In this document: piece after piece, positions 13,387-28,300 of the stretch
Layout of the letters: the number at the start of each line of letters is the position of its first letter
Numbering within the stretch: the stretch's first letter is position 1
Source: Azolla caroliniana
Lineage: Eukaryota > Plantae > Polypodiophyta
Reading direction: 5' to 3'
DNA length: 64,000 nt
NCBI GenBank assembly: GCA_043228905.1
Contig: JBHGNT010000011.1
Span: forward strand, 12,400,001-12,464,000
Notes under the pieces: generated by a model
Databases searched by the model: none
What the model saw: the letters and a program-made list of their open reading frames with translations, nothing else
What the model was told of the DNA's origin: nothing
Position numbers and translations under genes: made by a program

Positions 13387-16300
13387 ATGGGAAACTCATC
13401 CTCTCCTTCCAGAGAACTATCTTCACAGGTATCCGGAAATATATCTCATCTTTAGACTTAAGAAAGCTTCATTTTTCTTGTTTCGTGTACTTCCTTTGAC
13501 GCTTAACAAAAGCTTCCTTTGCTTAGATTATTGTAATTCCCCCCTTTTTATGCTATAGGTCTCGCAACATCTAGCTTCTTCTTTCCGATCTGAGAACGTT
13601 CTGCAAGAATTTCTACGGGAAACAAACACTGGTTCTGCAGATGAACATCTTGTAGAGTTCTCGGAAGCTCTAAGAAGTTAGTATCTGTCGCTACATTTTT
13701 TGTATTCTTCAATTGTTTTCTGCGTGTTAATGTCCAACTACAGAAGTTTAACTATGCCGTATCAAATCAGGATTTGTCTGCCATATTGATTTTAAGTTTT
13801 TGATATTCCATCACTCTCAAATAGGAATCCATTATACTTTCAATCAAGTTTAGGCTGTGATTATTCAGCACTTCTGTTGGCCAAGACATGGCATATGTTT
13901 CCTGAGTTTCTACTCTTTATCACTTCACATAATACTTCTTGTTTGATTTCAATTATTGTAATTTAAATCCAGGTGTGATGATTTGAAATGACGTATATGG
14001 ATTATTTGTGCTGTTCCATAGCCCATGGGGAATTGGTCACTTACTAACCTAAGTTTAAGATTTTCTATTGAGCACTTTGTTTGGCTTTGCGTGAAAGATT
14101 CAAATTGGCATCATAAGAGTTGTGACCAAAAGTGTCATTGGGTCATTCCAAGGTGTCCTTGGGTATGGTGTGGATTCAAAACCTTAATGTTGTGCAGGCA
14201 GGGGGTGGACATGCACGGTAGCCCATATGCTTGGGAGCTACTATATAAGAACACGCCCTTTGGTTGGCAAGATAAGCCTAAGCACAAACCTGCATCATGC
14301 CTTTGTGAATTGCCACCTTCTTTCTCACGACAACACATATGATGGCCTGAATATTCATGGATTATTATACGATAATCTTTAATGCGGCTCAGATTGCGGA
14401 AAGAATTGTTTGTTGGCTTTACGAGCAAGCAAGCAAGCAAGCAAGCAAGCAAGTGACCTGTATGGTGCTAAATTCAAGGTCTTAATTGATCTTGCCACTT
14501 TGTAACACTTTTGTACTTTACTGGAACTCATGTATGCAACTCATGCAAAATTCCTTATAGAAGTTGAGTACGGTAAAGGGAAAGATAATTAGTGGTCAAT
14601 GCTTTTTTTAGACTTGTGTATCAGATGAATTTTCATAGAGTTGAAAGTGAGACGTCATATGCTATACAGAAAGCTCACATTTGTTCTGCTATCAAGCTGC
14701 CTAAACTATCTCCGAAGTATTGTGGTTTGTGACTGATAATAGAGAAGATAAGGGATGTTATGACGGATTGCTGTACCAAAAGGAACTTAATACTAGATCC
14801 GTTGAGGTAGGAGAACAAGTGTGTTTGTTGATTACTCTGTCCATGTATTGCTTCTGCTATTAAGCTGCCTAAACTATCTCCGTGTTATTGTGGTTTTTGG
14901 ATGATCATAAAGAAGATAGGGAGGTTGCTTGTAATGTTAGTAGGCTGAAGAAGTGTTTACTAGATGAAGATAGCATGGTAGATAGTATTGTGGAATTGAA
15001 GAGTCCTTGAGTAGTTTATTCAAGGCAAGATGGTATCCTTAATATCCAAGAGAAGAAATTGATGAATCATACTTTTTGTCTTGGAATTGTAGAAAACACA
15101 GGGATCTTAGACTAACTCTCACATAGCAAGATCAGTTAGAAGACTTAAGGAAATATCTATAGATTAGGGAAAAACGACCCCTGACTACAAAGATGTAGAA
15201 TGGTTTATATAACCAGTTTCTACAGGTAGGTAGAAACCCAATAGTCACTTTATTAGGTTGACACTATTATAACTATATTCACACCTAACAGCTACTTAAC
15301 TAGGTTCATACTATTCTAAGTATGTTCATACCCAACAGTTACTTAATGAGGTTCACACTATTATAACAATGTTCACACCAAAACTTTCATAGGATACAGA
15401 TTTAAGTGTAACAAACCGCCCTGAAGTGAATGGTGTGGACTTGAATGTGGTCAGTATCCAGGTGTTGGAAGAATGCCCAATTCCTTGCGAAAATATTCAA
15501 ACTTTTCTCTTGATAGAGCCGTGGTGAATGTCTGCAACATTTTCATGAGTTGGTACATAGACCAAGTTTATCTCTTTAGCATGGAACTGCTCCCTCACAT
15601 AATGATAGTGCACCTCAATGTGTTTTGTTCGTGCATGGAAGACGGGATTTCGTGCAATAGCCAAAGCACTTTGACTATCTGTAAATATACAAGGTGGAGA
15701 TGGTTGCTCAAGTGACAAATCGGATAATAATCTCTTGAGCCAAACACACTCTACTGTGGCGCTGAATGCTGCTCTATATTCAGCTTCACAACTTGATGTT
15801 GCCACTGTTGGCTGCTTCTTGCTGAGCCAAGAAACACAGAAATTGTCGATCATAAGTCAATTGCCACTATGTGAGACACGAGTGTCGTTGCAGCCAGTCC
15901 AATCACTATCAGTGAAGGCTGTTAAAGTAGATGAATTTCCGTCTCCGTAGAAGTGGCTGAAATCCATAGTGCCTTTGAGGTAACCGGAAACTCGCTTGAC
16001 TGCTTGCCAATGCTTTGTTCCAAGGCTGTGCATAAACCTACTTAATTGCGAAACAGCATATTGAATGTCAGGTCGCGTGTTGCACAAAAATATCAAACAA
16101 CCTACAGCTTGCTGGTATAAGAGTACATCAATTGGTTCTCTTTTGTCTTGGTATGAGAATTTGAATGCTGCTTCTACAGGAGTGGAGATTGGCTTGCAGT
16201 CTTCAAACCTGAATCGTTGTAGGAGCTTCTCGATGTACTTTTGTTGATTGAGAAAAATGCCCCCCTCAACAGTAATAAATTGAATGCTGAGGTAGTAATG

Positions 16301-19300
16301 GAGATGACCAAGATCTGTAAGTTCAAAGAATGCTGAGGTAGTAATGGAGATGACCAAGATTTGTAAGTTCAAAGAATGCTGAGGTAGTAATGGAGATGAC
16401 CAAGATCTGTAAGTTCAAATGTCTTACTAAGATTAGCTTTGAAATCTGCAATTTCTTGCTCATCAGGTCCTGTGATTAGCAAATCATCAACATAAAGCTT
16501 AACAATTATTAATTTTTCTCCATCCTTTCGGACATAGAGATTGCTTTCAGTTGGGCTGTTTACAAAACTGAGTTGAAGAAGATGAGCATGGATCTTTGCA
16601 TTCTACGCTCGAGGTGCTTGCTTCAAGCCGTACAAAGCTTTAAGCAACCTGCAAACTTTAGTTTTTGCACCTTTAATGGCAAAACCTGGAGACTGAGCTA
16701 CATAAACCTCTTTGTCTAAATCTCCATTTATGAAGGCGGTTTCTTCATATTCTATCCCCTCTTTTTGGGAACATCCTTTTGCCACAAGTCTTGCTTTAAA
16801 ACAATCAATGCTTCCATCCGCATTACGCTTGACTTTGTAAATCCACTTGGTGGCAATTGCTTTTCTACCTTTAGGTAGATCATATAACTCCCAAGTGTTG
16901 TTCTTGTAGATGGACCCAAGTTCTGATTTCCCAATGGTCATGTGCTAATGCATCCTTAAGAGAGAGTGGTTCCTCATCACAAATTTCAGCGATAAGAGCA
17001 TGATGCACATAATGAAGTTCAGCTTGCTGATTAGTTGACTAAGTTTTACCTTGAAGAAGAAAGCTGAGTTTGCTGTCAAGGGTGTTAATCAGCCATTTAG
17101 GAACTGTTCTTGCTTGCCGAGAAGAGGTGTGTTCTTCCTCCAATTCCATGTCAAGATCATGTGGGTTAATGACCTGTTAAGTCAGCATTATTATCAACAA
17201 TGTTTGGTTGCTCATTTTCAACCACATTGGGCTGTTGCAAGAGATCAATTTGAGCATTGCTTGGCTGCTCTACATCTCTGTTTGGAGCATGTTGTCGCTG
17301 ATGCAAAACCTGCACATTACCTCCATGAGGGACAAATGCATAAGCCAAGCTTCCAAATATTCTCATGTGTCCAACATTTGGCTTGTGACCAGTCCCAAGC
17401 CTCATACGGAGTGATAGTTATTGCTTTTGTGGGGCATTTATTCAAAACATAGTTTGCACACATTACAACTTCCAGCCAAAATTTATGAGGTAGCTTCTTA
17501 CTATTGAGCATGCATCTTGCCATCTCCTTGAGAGATCTATTCTTTCTCGCAGCCAAACCATTTTTTTGTGGTGTGTATAGAGTGGTGCATTGATGGATAA
17601 TACCTCTATCCTTCAAGAAAGCATTAAACTCTTGAGACATGTACTCACCCCCTCTATTGGTGCGAAGAGTAATGAGTTTGTGACCGCTAAGATTTTCAGC
17701 AAGGTGTAAGAATTCTTTGAAGCATGAAAAGACATTAGATTTCTCCTTCAAAGGATATACCCAAGTGTGTTAGGTAGCATCATCAATGAATGTAAGAAAA
17801 TAAAGATAACCTCCAATTGATGGTGTTTTCATTGGGCCGCATACATCACTATGTACAAGTCGAAGCTTGTGTGTTGCCAAAACATTTGCATCTTTTGGAA
17901 ATGAAAATCTGTGCATCTTTCCTAGAATACAGCTCGCACAAACATGATTAGATGGTACATGAATGGAAGGAAGATTGCATGCCATATCATGCTTGCTAAG
18001 CCGTGCAAGGCGGCTGAAATTTAAATGGCCGAACCGAGCATGCCATAGTTCAGAATTGCTTTGTGTTTGGGCATCCACCGCTAATGCATTTTGGTCATCA
18101 AATTTCTGATATATGTCAAGCTTGTAAAGGTTGTAGAACAAACTACCTGTTATGACAATGATATTGCCCTTTGTACGATCATGTACTATGCATTTGTCAT
18201 AGAGAAAATGGACAGGGTATCCATGCATAGCAATGGCAGAAACAGAAAGAAGGTTTTTCTTTATGCCAGGGACATAGAGAACATTGTTCAAGGTGACTAC
18301 ATCCCCATTGACAACTGTAATATGAACTTGACCAATGCCTTTTATGATGTAAGAAGCATTATTGGGACAAGTAGCGGTGCCCACCTTATGGCAAGCATCT
18401 TCAAGTGTGAAATAAATTTTTGCAAGAAGTTATGTGTTTAGAAGCACCACAATCAAAATACCAAGCATCCGTAGAGTCACTTACCGATAAAGATACGTCA
18501 TCCTTTGAGGGATCATACATTGTATGTATCGAGAATGCCCACTCATGTTGAGCAATGTGTGCTTCTATCGTCGTACCAGTAGAGGTGGTAATATTAAGAC
18601 CAAACTGTTTTTTCTTCTCTTCACTAGCTTTCCTTTTTCGACATTTGCTAATGTCATGACCTGGGTTTACAACAATAATTGCACCTTATCTTCTTTTTCT
18701 CATCATGGAAAGTCGAGGCATCATTGCCTTTAGAAGGAAGGTTATTTTGTTTTCGTCCTTGTTGGCCTTTGAACTTGGAAGAGGTAACAAAAGCTTGATC
18801 ACCACTATTAAGAACATCTCGATTTGCTCGAGATTGAGATTCCTATAAGAGAAGCGAGATTAGCTCATCAAAGCTGAAGCTCTCTTTACCTCTTGTAAGA
18901 AGCCTTATTGTTGTGGCGAAGCCTTGATATGAATCTGGAAGTGCAGGAAGAACTTTAGAAACTAGCTGCTTGTCTAAAATCACTTCATCAGTGTTGAGTA
19001 GTTGTTCCTTGAAGTCCTTGATTTTTGTTAAGAATGCGTTCCATGGATTCACCTTCTTGCATCCTTGTTTCTTCAAGTTGTCGCTTAAGCATAGCGACTC
19101 TTACTTCATTCCTTTGAGCATACAGTTTCTTTAACAAATCTCAAGCACTTTTTGAGGTCGTGCAAGATCAGATATGTGGAACAATGTGATGTTTGACCGA
19201 TAATGCGATGAGAGCATGGGCTTGAACGTCCTTACCATCTCACTTAAGTTGTGAAGAAGTGGATTGTTGAGTGGAGCTTGAAGCATTGTTTGCTTCAGTT

Positions 19301-22300
19301 GTTCTTGAAGGGGAGGGAGAGTTTGGAGAAGAACTTGAAGCTGGACGTTCATCGGATCCGATGACAATGTCCCATAGCTGCTTTGCTACCGGTACATGTG
19401 TCGTCATGTACGCCCACATAGGATAGTTAGTACCATCCAACTTGTCTTCAACATTAAGCATACCAAAATATTAGTTTGCTCAGCCATTGCAGAAGCAAGA
19501 AATATGGATGAGATATTGTAGTACTTGGTTATATTCACCAAAATGTACTAAAGCAATATAATATTGATGAAATAGATGAGAGATAAGAGTTACTTTGCTG
19601 TGCTGAAAACTTATTTTGTTGTGGTAAAAACTGGTTGCTGCAGTTGTTGTGCAGTTAGGGTTTGAGACTTTGAGACTGCTACAAAACTTTTATTAGTGCA
19701 CCTCCAAAACCAAAAATCCGATTTTATTAGTGCACCTCCAAAACTTTTATTAGTGCAAGTAGTCAGAAGAATCAGCTCGTAATCTACTTTTTGAAAATGT
19801 GAAAATAGGGAAAGATTGCCTCTTCTGCAGTTTTTTGTTCGAACTTTCGTTGCTGTAGATGGAGAGGTTTGATGTCTTCTTAGGTGGGAAGAGATAAACA
19901 GAAAGATCTGTGTATGCCTATTTGGAAGGATAGGATAGAGAAAGTAATCTAAACCGGCTCTGATACCATATGTAGAAAACACAGGGATCTTAGACTAACT
20001 CTCATACAACAAGATCACTTAGAAGACTTAAGGAAATATCGGTAGATAAGGGAAAAACGAGCCCTGATTACAAAGATGTAGAATGGTTTATATAACCACT
20101 TTCTCTAGGTAGGTAGAAACCCAACAATCACTTTATTAGGTTGGCACTATTATAACTATATTCACACCTAACAACTACTTAACTAGGTTCATACTATTCT
20201 AAGTATGTTCACACCCAACAATTACATAACAAGGTTCACACTATTATAACAATGTTCACACCAAAGCTTTCATAGGATACACATTAAGTGTAACAAGAAT
20301 AACCTTCTTTTGTTTGATGCTACATGGGAATCTGAGAGTAAGTTTTGAAAGGCATTTCCAAATGTGGTCCTTTAGGATGATGGTAGATCCTTTACAGGAA
20401 ATGGTATGCCATGGCCTTTGAAAACTTGGTCCTTTAGAATGATGGTAGATCCTTTATGGGAGATGGTATACCACAACCAAAAGTGTAATGGGGCTATTTA
20501 AGTTGTCCTTGGGTGTAGGTCAGATGCACAACCTTAATTTTGTATGGGCAAGTGCAGTGGCCTCATGCATAATCAGGGCTACTATATAAGAGCACATCCT
20601 ATGCTAGGGAGGGTAAGTCTTAGCACACACCCACACCATGCCATTGTTAATAATCATCCTAATTTTCTTCCTCACCACACATTTCATCTATTCTGAGGGA
20701 GAGAGAGAGAGCATTTGACTAGGTTGTGAATATGTATTTCGATCATGCATTCTTAAGCATTGAAGACGTAGAAGTAATACTCCATGTAATAAGAAAGAAG
20801 GTTCCAAAACACGTTAAATACAAAACTTCTCTAATGCAGGATTCTTAATCTATTTCTTTTGTGCACTGCAGCGGTAGCAAAGGCTTTGCGAGTAGTTGCT
20901 GAGGGGAAGGCACGCGCGTTGGATGAAGCTGCTGAGTGGAAGCGGAAGTATGAACTTGAATGCTCGCGAAACAAGGCAACTGAAGGCAATACCATCTTTG
21001 TTGAGAATTCTATCTGAATACATAAAAATTCCATGTGAATTAGTGATATATTGAATGGTGTAGTGACTGCCAGCAAAATACTACATAAGTATATAATTAA
21101 ATGGAGTTTGGAAATAATGATTTCTGGCAAGGGCAGAGAGAAGTAAGAAAGATATTCTATTAACGTCTTTTTGAGAGACCAAAATGGCCCATAAAACCAA
21201 ACCAGACATGGCATCTTAAAATGTTGTCTTGTCTTTGGGAACAACCCAAAACAAATGTAATGAAGTCAAAAAGTAAATAAAATGAAATATGACTAAAGAA
21301 TCTTTTAATCGATACATGTAAGATTCTGAAGTCAGATAGAGTGATTTTTTTTTTCTTTGAAAGATCTCTAGCATAGGTCAATCCAAAATGGAGAGATATC
21401 CGAAGTGAGGGAGATAATGGCCTTCATCAATCAATGGCAAGGGTGGTTAGATAGTGGTTGACAAGGCCAGGCCTATTTGCACGACAAATTGCTATTGGCT
21501 GATCTATTGTAACCCCCTCTGCAATCCTAGTTGGGAGCCTACTTGTGTAGCCCTTGATAGTCTTGTAGCATGAGTGGGAGTGGCGGGTCTAAAGAAAGTT
21601 GTGATTGTTTGCCTATTTTCACAACAAATTGCTATTGGCTGATCTATTGTAACCCCCTTAGCAATCCTAGTTGGGAGCCTACTTGTGTAGACCTTGATGG
21701 TCTTGTAGCATGAGTGGGAGTGGCGGGTCTAAGGAAAGTTGCGATTGTTCTTCACTGAGGAGTTTGTGTTGTTGAATTGTTGTCTTTCAACAACTTCTCG
21801 ATGTATCGTTCTAGCAAGAACAGGCCCTGAGTATTGTTGGTTGTCATATTCCATTACCTTGGGTAGTGGGTCAAAATCTTGCTTAAAGAGGTGATGGTAT
21901 CTCCCTCTTATTTCATCAATTAGATTCTACTCCCTAATGCTACAATTGGCAAATCCTTTTTTTAGATGTATGTGTGTGTATCTGCCTACCTCAATCTCTA
22001 AGTGATCTGAAGATGTTTGTAGCTGCGTGTTCACACTGTGCAGTGCATAGGATAGATGTATGTCCATATAAGTGGTCCATGGTCTTCCATTATCCAAGTT
22101 GGTAACATCATTTCAGATTGTTCTATTCGTTTCCACTTTACTTATGTTCAGATGCGGTCAATCCAAGCTATATTGGGATGGAGGTAGTGCATTTATGCCT
22201 AAGCCATATGACTCCAACCATTGTTGCGTTTTAATATACCAACAATGGTTATCTCCGTGTTCAGCAAATTGTTTTGATGACATAAATGCCAACCTTGAGT

Positions 22301-25300
22301 ACTTCTGTTTAGGGAGCTCCCAAAGCCATCAGATACTGGTCACAGATCAGAATAATGCATCATGTGATTATTTGGGCTACTCCTATCTCCCCCCATATTA
22401 TATCATGGGGCAGCAATGCTTTGCTCCATATCACGTGGGCAATCATTGAGACTAAAGGTCTCTCTAAATCTTTCCAGTCATTTTCCTTGTTAAGACAGCC
22501 CCCAAGTTTCTACTCCATAGAGAAGAGTCAGTGTGACAAGTGTATCAAAAAGCCACAATTTTATTTGTGGCTCTTGGAACTGTATACACACGGTCCTAAA
22601 CATGCCTAGGAGTAGCATCCATAGGGCCATGGTTCTCTTTATGGAAGGCTGCCAATGCTCAACTTTCTCATGGATATGCAGCCCTTGGTGCGTTGATTCT
22701 GATCTTGTTACCATGCTTAGTGGTATGAAACACCATTGCTGTAGTTTTATCTATGTTTTCATCAAAGCTTTGTCTGTACAAAATGATTTTAAGGTGTTTA
22801 GATGTCTTTGTAGTCCCTCCGGAGTGTCAGAGATCAGCAAAATATCATCAGTGTATAGTAACATTTGTATGGCTTTACTTGCTAGGCATGCTCTTGTACT
22901 GCTGAATCTCTTTGTATAATGCAATGCCTAATTTATATAGAGACTGAAGAGATTAGGTGATAGTGGACATCCTTGTTTTACTCCAATTATGCCAGCCACT
23001 GCCTCTGACAACCCATTGGGAGATTGTGCTTTTTGTGACACAGATTTGTGTAGTGCATAGATTTCCCCATTGCATATTGTGAAGTCAGCCTTTGTTCGTA
23101 AGAAAAGGCTGTTGCAAACATGTTGGATGCTAGAGGTCTAATAATAAAGGACAATATGAAAGGATCAAGTATTAACAAAGGAAGGAACTTGAAGGGATAT
23201 AAAGTTAGAGGCGTTTTTCAAAAGTAGATGAAGAATAATGCAACTAAAAACCTATAAATAGGAGGGTATTCTTAGCAATTGAAGGGAAGGAAGAATAAGA
23301 AGGCTAGAAGAAGTGAGAGGAGTCTTAGTAGAAGAAAGAGAGAAGAAGGAAAGACTATTATGAGTTAGTGTCATTGAGATTAAGGTAGTTCTTTGGGGTT
23401 GTTACTTTTGGAGTCTAAGAAGATGGTATTGTTTTCCTAATAGTATATTAATGTATTCATTTCTCTTTCTCTTTCTCTTCTCAATCTTTTTCTATATTTC
23501 ACCATCACATATCTACAGGGACACCAAGGGCTTCTAGCCGTGGTGTGAACTGAGCTCGCGGTATAGTGTTGAAGGCTTTTTGGAAATCTAATAAGGAGCA
23601 ATAGATCCTCTTTTTATGGGCTCTGCCCTCTTAGAAAGGGCTTGGAGGGTCAGTATGTGATCCACAGTTGTGAATCCCTTTTGAAAGCCTGCATGTCCAC
23701 TGAACAGCAGCCATTCCTCTCTGCCCATACACTCAATTCTGACTGTAAGGTTGAACCATATTGTTTAGCCAAGTAATGGCCAATCATGATTGTCCTATAA
23801 TTGCTTGGCAGCATGGGGTCTCTGCTCTTGAAGATTGGCACAATGTTGTGTTCTGTCCAGCTAGTAGGGAAACTCTTACGCAACTTATTAAGAGTGTGTC
23901 GTAGCAACTGGATGTAAAGTATTCGCCTACCAATCCATCATGATCTTGGGCCTTCCGAAATTGTAACCGATCAATGGTGTTTTTTACCTTTTTTGGACCA
24001 AGGTGGATTCATGTGGACGTGAGCCATATGGGTGGGGGCTGCTTGGGGATGTCATATAGTATCTTTGCATATTCATGCCACACCTGAGGTGAGGTCAGTT
24101 GTGTGGTAGGTTGCCTCTCATTAAACATTTTCCATGGTCTTTTATGTTCTTGTCCTAGGAACAAACAAGACACATGCTTCAAATTTAGCCAATATGATCT
24201 CTCTCCTTCCTGAAGGAGGCCAACAATGGCATATCTGATGTGCTCTATAACATCCATACCATTTCATATCTTGATGTAGTAAAATAAGCTCGCGGTGAAT
24301 GGGGGAAGGAATGTCCCATGCAAGCTCATATCATAATGCCAATCTAGCCAATGATGATTTACATTCTGGAGTGTGACCTTGAAAAGTTAATGTGATGCCT
24401 GAAGCATCTGGCCAGAATATTTGCTTCTATGTATCATACAAGTGTATTGCCGGCCTGCATTGCGAATGTTGGTAACTCTCTTCAAAGTCACTTCTCTGGC
24501 CTTGTTGGCCCCCCATGTCTGTGATATAAGTTTGAGTGCATTTTGCCTGTTCATATATCGTTGCAGTTCTGCATCTTTCCATTGACCCAACTCACGTAAG
24601 AAAGCTAAGTGCGGATTAATGGTCTATGTTCTGCACTAAAAATGTGGATTTACTCGTATGTCTCTGATTCCTTGCTATGCTGGCCTTTGGGCGTGCTCAT
24701 ATGTAAGGATCCTATGGCTTTACATATTCATTCCGCAGCTGGATTCAGATGTTATTGGCATGTGTTCTTGGCAGAACTATCTGGTATTTTAATCCAATGT
24801 ATGAAACACATCCACCACACCAATCACATGAAGAGACATGGAAAGAAGCTACACAGTTAAAAGGCAATGAAAACTACGGAATTCGTGACCTGTTGGATAA
24901 ACCATGGCTCAATATTCCACTAATGAGTTCTTAAGGGGAACTACATGGTGGGTTAGGTGCATCATGGTGATGGAAAACTCTATAGCATGTTTCTCCATTT
25001 GCCGACTTTGATGAGATAAGAGTATGCCTAAGCTCTAACACATAGTTTGTACAAGTGGATACTGTGATGAATGGAATGTGTGGGCCTAGGAGTCTGTTAA
25101 CTCCATGTATCAACCCTTCTCTATCTCTAGATGATGTGACGAAACATAGCTTAAGGTTAGTGGGTATCCATGCCATGTATAACCATGGGGTCAAAAAGAT
25201 GGACAATGAATGTCATTGAAGAACCATGGGGAACCTTCTTGCTTTGATGGAGCAAATAGAGAAAACAATTAATAGCAAGAAATGGGTAAATAGATGAATT

Positions 25301-28300
25301 GATAAAGACGAAACATGAATCTAGTTGAATTATTAAATAAAAATAATATTAATTGGATGTTAGTGAATGTGTCAACTGAAATGCAAGTCTGATGGAAAAA
25401 TAAAAAATATAACAAGCGGATTCTTGTAAAAGACTGCTAAAAGATGTTGGATTATGAAGAACCTGATTGCAAGGCTTCCATAACATTGACGACACCTTTA
25501 TATTGTGGTAAATTAGTAGAATTGTGTATGTGCCATAACTAGAAGATCATGAGTAAATCAAAGAAATCATTATATTGATGAAGCAATCATTGGTAAGTAA
25601 CTCAATGAATGCTTACTTGAGGTTAGATTTGAGGCTTCTAATGTCGATTACATTCTGTACAATGAACAAGAAGGGTGGGTCATCATTTTAGAGAATAATA
25701 TGAATGATGGAATTATTATTAAGCAGTGTGTCGAAACTTTTTGAAGCAAAGAGAATATGGCATAAATTACTTGACATGAAAAAAGTCTTGGGAAGATGAA
25801 ATGCATTCTTCGAACTGAATCTATGCTCAATAAGTATGGAATAAGACAAGTGATACACGTTTGAAGCAGAATTTGAATTGAGAGTTGATATTAGGAAATC
25901 ATTGAATGACTAGGAAGATGTTAGGAAATCTCATTTATTTTATTAATTACAAAGTTTGTTCTTGGTTATATAATTCCTTAGTGAATGTGGGAAGCCCTAT
26001 CCTGATGTTGTGACAAGAATAGTAAGATATTCAAAGTCCATCATTGAATATTAATCTTCCATGATTAGTATAAGTGAATCAGGCAAAGTTAGATTGATGT
26101 AAACATATAGAATTATGAAGAAAATGCTAAGAGAAGGATGAAACAACAAAACACTGAACTGTGGGTCTGATTATAATTGTGTTTATGTGCAGAAGAAGAT
26201 CTAAGCAAAATGAATGTTCCTCTTCTTTCCTATATCCGAATCTTAAGGCTTAGTTTGTTGGGATATTTCCAATGGTGGGTGCATTCAAGTCCTGATTGGT
26301 ATCAAGAAATATGTGATCATAATGACAGCTTAGAGCCTATTCTTTTAATTGTCTGGATTTCACCCATGATTTACTTACACCATTTGCACATCTAACCTAG
26401 AATCGATAAACTTTGACCTTCTCTTATCAATAAATGTATCATTTCCAAGTGTTCTGAAGTTTCTACTCATGTGGTTTTCAGCAGCTCTGGCTGTGTCGAC
26501 CAAAAGCAAACACTTGCCTTCAGTTAATATACAAAATGGTCCAGTCGTTCGCTCAGACCATAGTCAAAAACAACAAATGCTAGAGCAGAATGGGAGTTGT
26601 TGTGGGAAAGATGGCATTTGTAGTCATGAGGTTCTTGGGAGAGAAGGCAGTGCATCAGAATTGAGCCTACTAGAGGAGAACAAAATGTCAACCAAGGTTT
26701 GAATTCTTGTTTCCTCTTTTTTGTCGAAGAGTCTTCTACAAATCACAGATGATCTTGTGATATATTTGTTGGTTGTTCAGGTACCATTCACTCTTGCTTG
26801 GGGCTGTGATGGTATTAAAAATAGGCACCACAAACATGATGTTGTTTCCTTTGAAAGAGGTGATATAACAACTGCTCTTCGTAGTAGCAAGCAGGTAAAA
26901 ATATGTTGTACTATAGATATAACTCTTGATACTTGTTACGCCTTGTTAAGTGAAACTAGACTTGCTGATGAAAGTTCTTGAAATTTAACTAGATGTTGTG
27001 TGAGCATTTATAAGTGTCACTGAACATAGTCATATAACATGAATGCATGTACTCGGTGCACACATTTTAATAAGGCATTTCTTTTTAATGCGCTCACGTA
27101 GATATGATTAAAAACTAATATCCTTTCTAATGCCTATTTAATAATCGTATAATGTTAATACAAGTATTTCGTGCATTCATACCAATAAGGCGTTTCCTTT
27201 TAAATGAGCTAACTTAGAGATTATTAAAAACTAATACCCTTTGTATTTGCTCAACATAAATGGATGTAGATCATCTTAGAATGGAACACATCGCCTCAAT
27301 CTGTTGCTGTTCTTACCAAGCCTAATTCTGTTGAAGTACAGGTCCTTTGTAAAGAGATAGTCAAGTATGTGCTCTCTTTATGTGATAAATTAATCTTTCT
27401 TTTCATCTCCTGAAACAACTGACAATTGTGATTGATAATTTAATTGTTTCAATAGGTGGCTAAAAGAGTTTAAAGGAATGGACATTTATGTAGAACCGCG
27501 TGTAAAGAGGGAGCTTATTTCAAGTAGCTCCTTTTTCACCTTTGTACACACATGGGATACAGGTGCTAACTTAGGACGCTATAAATTTTATTTGCATGCA
27601 TGATAAAAATTAGCATTTGGAAATTAAACATAGGATGTACATGTAGGCATGCGGCTCCTTGTTTGTTGAAGGCAAACAGTGTACTCAAAAACTCATTACT
27701 GAAAACGATTTGCAAAATCCTGATGGTGTGCACCGAGTTTTCGTTACACCAATATTCTACCATTTAGAGCTCTGTATATAAGTTTAGAATCTTCAGTTCA
27801 TATATACAGATAGATAGATATAGATAAAGATAAATTGATTCTTCAGCACTATATGTTTAGTTATATTTATTCGTAAGATAGATATATAGATTGATAGATA
27901 GATATAGATATAGATAAATAAGAGAATTTTGTGAGATGTAATCTCTTGTTTGGTCTTAAAGGCCATTTTTGCCTCTTAAAAGATGTTAACATAGCTTTCT
28001 TCTTTCTTCTCACAAAATCTAGAAACCTCCTGATGTCTGGAGTTTTGATTCTCCAGTATCTTCAGACTTAATTCTTGTTTTTTCCCACCCTAAAATGACC
28101 TAAAGAGCATACTGGGCTTAATTTAATTTTGTGTAATCTGAATGCGAATAGAGTGATTTTAATTAACATTCTTTTTTTTTACTTGCCAAACTGCTTCATT
28201 AGTGTTCTGAATATCAATAACCTTTTCTTTTTTTTTGTCAATAACCTCATGAAAATTTCATGCAGAGGAAGAGATCCAAGCCTTGCATACCAAAGTTGAT

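Larger units (their letters stand above)
14120..20670 (+). mobile_element. Old LTR-element remnant bracketing the copia element (diverged direct repeats at about 14125-14340 and 20478-20660)
   Basis: Both repeats share ccaaaagtgt..tgtccttgggt..aaccttaat..gctactatataaga..agcaca; a chromodomain-like DATWESE remnant follows 20300. Confidence 0.55.
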
